Shown one piece after another: positions 61,592 to 64,000 of a stretch of 64,000 nt of DNA. The number at the start of each line of letters is the position of its first letter. Position 1 is the stretch's first letter. The notes under the pieces were generated by a model that was not told the origin of the DNA, ran no database searches, and saw only the letters and a list, made by a program, of their open reading frames with translations. Origin of the DNA: Diadema antillarum (lineage: Eukaryota); NCBI RefSeq assembly GCF_040938485.1, contig NW_027271622.1, positions 930,001 to 994,000 of the forward strand, in the 5' to 3' direction. The position numbers and the translations under genes are program-made.

Positions 61592-62612
61592 TCTGTCAAG
61601 ATTCCTTTGGGTGCACAGTGTCTGAAATGGTAGATACACCACCAGCCGATGTTTAACAATATGGGAACGGTAACTGGTGAATATCAATGTTGTCCAACGA
61701 GGAATGGGAAGATTTCGTGCCACAGCGTTCTGCCTTGTTCAAGCCTTGATGTTGAAAGTGAATCCACTGAATAATTATGTGAGATGAGGGAGCTAATTAT
61801 TGTTTGGTCCCGCTTGTGAATAAGTAACTTAGCCGGTAAGGTTGAGCTCATCAGTCGCAGTGGTTAGAATGCGAATCTGTCCTTCTGCTATATATATCTA
61901 CACCCCACAAATAATAAAAAAAGAAAGCCAAGTCAGTGAGACTACGCATGCGCAATAGTTCATAATACATTTTAAGTACAGCTATTGAGCGATTGCTCAA
62001 TTCTAACTGATTGGAGTCTTTTGATGCCATGAGCTAGCGTTATCTTCATTTGTCATTAGAAAGAAATCAATAAAACTCCAGAAGACATGCTCTGCCATCT
62101 TTTGGTTGCCTTTATTAGGATTAAAAGACCGGCATAGTTTACTGCCTTAGTGACTTGTGGTATGATCGACTTTCATCCCGCCCTTCCTGTAGACATTGAT
62201 GTGAATGGCTTCTATATGAGATGTGCGCTTAACATTTCTCAGTGATGACACTTGTTGCTTGTATTGACAATTATTGGTAACAGTTTGCTTAGCATGTTTT
62301 ACATCAGTTTGAAGTGAAAGGTGTAACAATACTGTATTTTCTGAGGCAAGTATTTTTTTTGCAAGTATTTCATACATAAGGCATTTTTTTTTTTCGGGGG
62401 GGGGGGGTTAAACGCATCCTCGTTTTTTGTTATTACTGGAGCTCAAGGCAGTTGCTATCTGTGCGTGATATGCCTGATGAATTATCGATTGGTAAATCAA
62501 TAAAACATACTAAAAACCTGCTCTGATACGAACGATTCATTAACAGATGAAAAGACAAGGTCATTGTGAAGGGGGTGCCCATTATAAGTATTTGGCACGT
62601 GAAAGCTGAGGT

Positions 62613-62657
<45 letters not shown>

Positions 62658-64000
62658 TGTATATGTATACATGTATATGTTTATCTTTATTTACAAATAG
62701 TTGAAGATCAGTGCGCTGATCTTCAACTATGAAGGATGCACTTCTACAGAAGAAGAAGAATGATGATGATAAATATCATTATCATCATTAGAAGTAGTTA
62801 GAGTAGTAGTAGTAGTAGTAGTAGTTTCATTTTAACACATACCAAAAATAACGTCATGAATATTATTTGACTTTTAAGTTAGCACGTTTCATATGCGAAG
62901 TATTGTCGCTTAAACTACATCCAATCAAAGTTTTAAAGCTCATCAAGGTTTTGAAACGATTTGGATCTTGGAACCTTTTTTTTTCTGAGACATATTGCCG
63001 TAGTGATGTTTTAAATTGGCCTGCAGTTCTTTGTGCTTAACTCCTTGATGTTGCTTAACGGCTTCAGAAATTGATATCTTCTATATACAAACTATGTATT
63101 CTTTTTGCTTTGGCTTTTTTTTAATCAACAGCTTTATTACCATCTTATATTACGTTATTGTGAACAAAGTTGTAAAGAACATTAAAGCAATCAAATTTTA
63201 AAGGCTTTGAAAGGTACTAACAATAAAATTATCTAGATGTTTAGACAATAGTAGAGTTGTGTATATTAAGCATTTCTGTTTTAACATATTTGCGGAATCC
63301 GAGAAGAAACAATAAAGTCATAATGTTTAACGTGACTGCTAGAGGTGTATCATCAATTTTGATAGTTCCAACGGGAACTGTGAAAACTATACTTGGGAAG
63401 GCTCCTATTTGGAGATAAAGGGAATTGATTTGATACGGTATAGGATAAATTCATTAATGAAACATGTGATTCAAGGATGTGTAGGCCTACATAGTCTGTC
63501 ATAAAGGTGATCAACTTTTTCAACGAAACCGGATTGATATCATCTGTTTTATAGCGCCACATACAGTCTTTAAACGATTGAACTTGTTATCAATCAATGT
63601 CAGTATGTGCATAAGCCTTGAAGTTGTAATCTTTAAACTGCCCATATTTCATAATAGGAATCCACAAGGTCATGTGACCTGTCATAACACAATTATAAAG
63701 CCACAGATATAAACTTCAGAAAACTCCAACAAAATCTTTTCATTTGAAGATTCGAAGAAGAATTCGTAGAAAATTCGAACAATTGATATGGTAAATACTA
63801 GGTGTTACAACAACGTTACCCACGTTTGATCCTTAATAATTCGAAAATTTTTTATCAGATAACACTGTCATTGATATGAGTAATAGCAGAATAGTGTACA
63901 ATTTGGTTGGAAGTATTTTGATTGTGAGAGCATGAATTAGTATAGTTAAATCCATGATTAATTTGAAGTGAAGTTCCAGATTTTGGTCAAATTTGAACCC

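Noticed and set aside
61592-61723. 44-aa N-terminal extension of GPCR D (and the 4-aa extension of B/B')
   Set aside because: These begin at GTG/TTG in the ORF track, and candidate splice acceptors lie within them; the first ATGs were used instead.
63667-63680. AGGTCATGTGACCT (nuclear-receptor IR2 / MiT-TFE E-box) upstream of GPCR D
   Set aside because: A single short motif with no conservation or expression evidence.

Overview
Eukaryotic, AT-rich, repeat-dense genomic DNA. It is probably an echinoderm (sea-urchin-like), inferred only from the repeat landscape and gene family content. Positions 1-6.8 kb hold the last four coding exons of a + strand urea transporter (SLC14/UT family), in which both selectivity-filter threonines of the LPxxTxPF motifs are replaced. 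From 15 to 62 kb is a minus-strand array of six single-coding-exon rhodopsin-class GPCRs (galanin/allatostatin-A-receptor-like; here A, B, C, B', C', D). B-C and B'-C' arise from a head-to-tail tandem duplication with its junction near 53174, and B' carries a single in-frame TAG. Intergenic DNA is filled with non-autonomous DNA transposons, several of whose TIRs and TSDs can be read directly (hAT, CACTA/EnSpm, Kolobok-like TTAA, Harbinger-like, Academ-like), plus tRNA-derived SINEs. The most unusual structure is a 7.86-kb head-to-tail dimer of an Academ-like element whose two copies share a TA at the junction; its empty site is visible in the duplicated segment. There is one assembly gap (135 N). 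No intact transposase, rRNA, functional tRNA or CRISPR array was found. All counts and identities are by eye.
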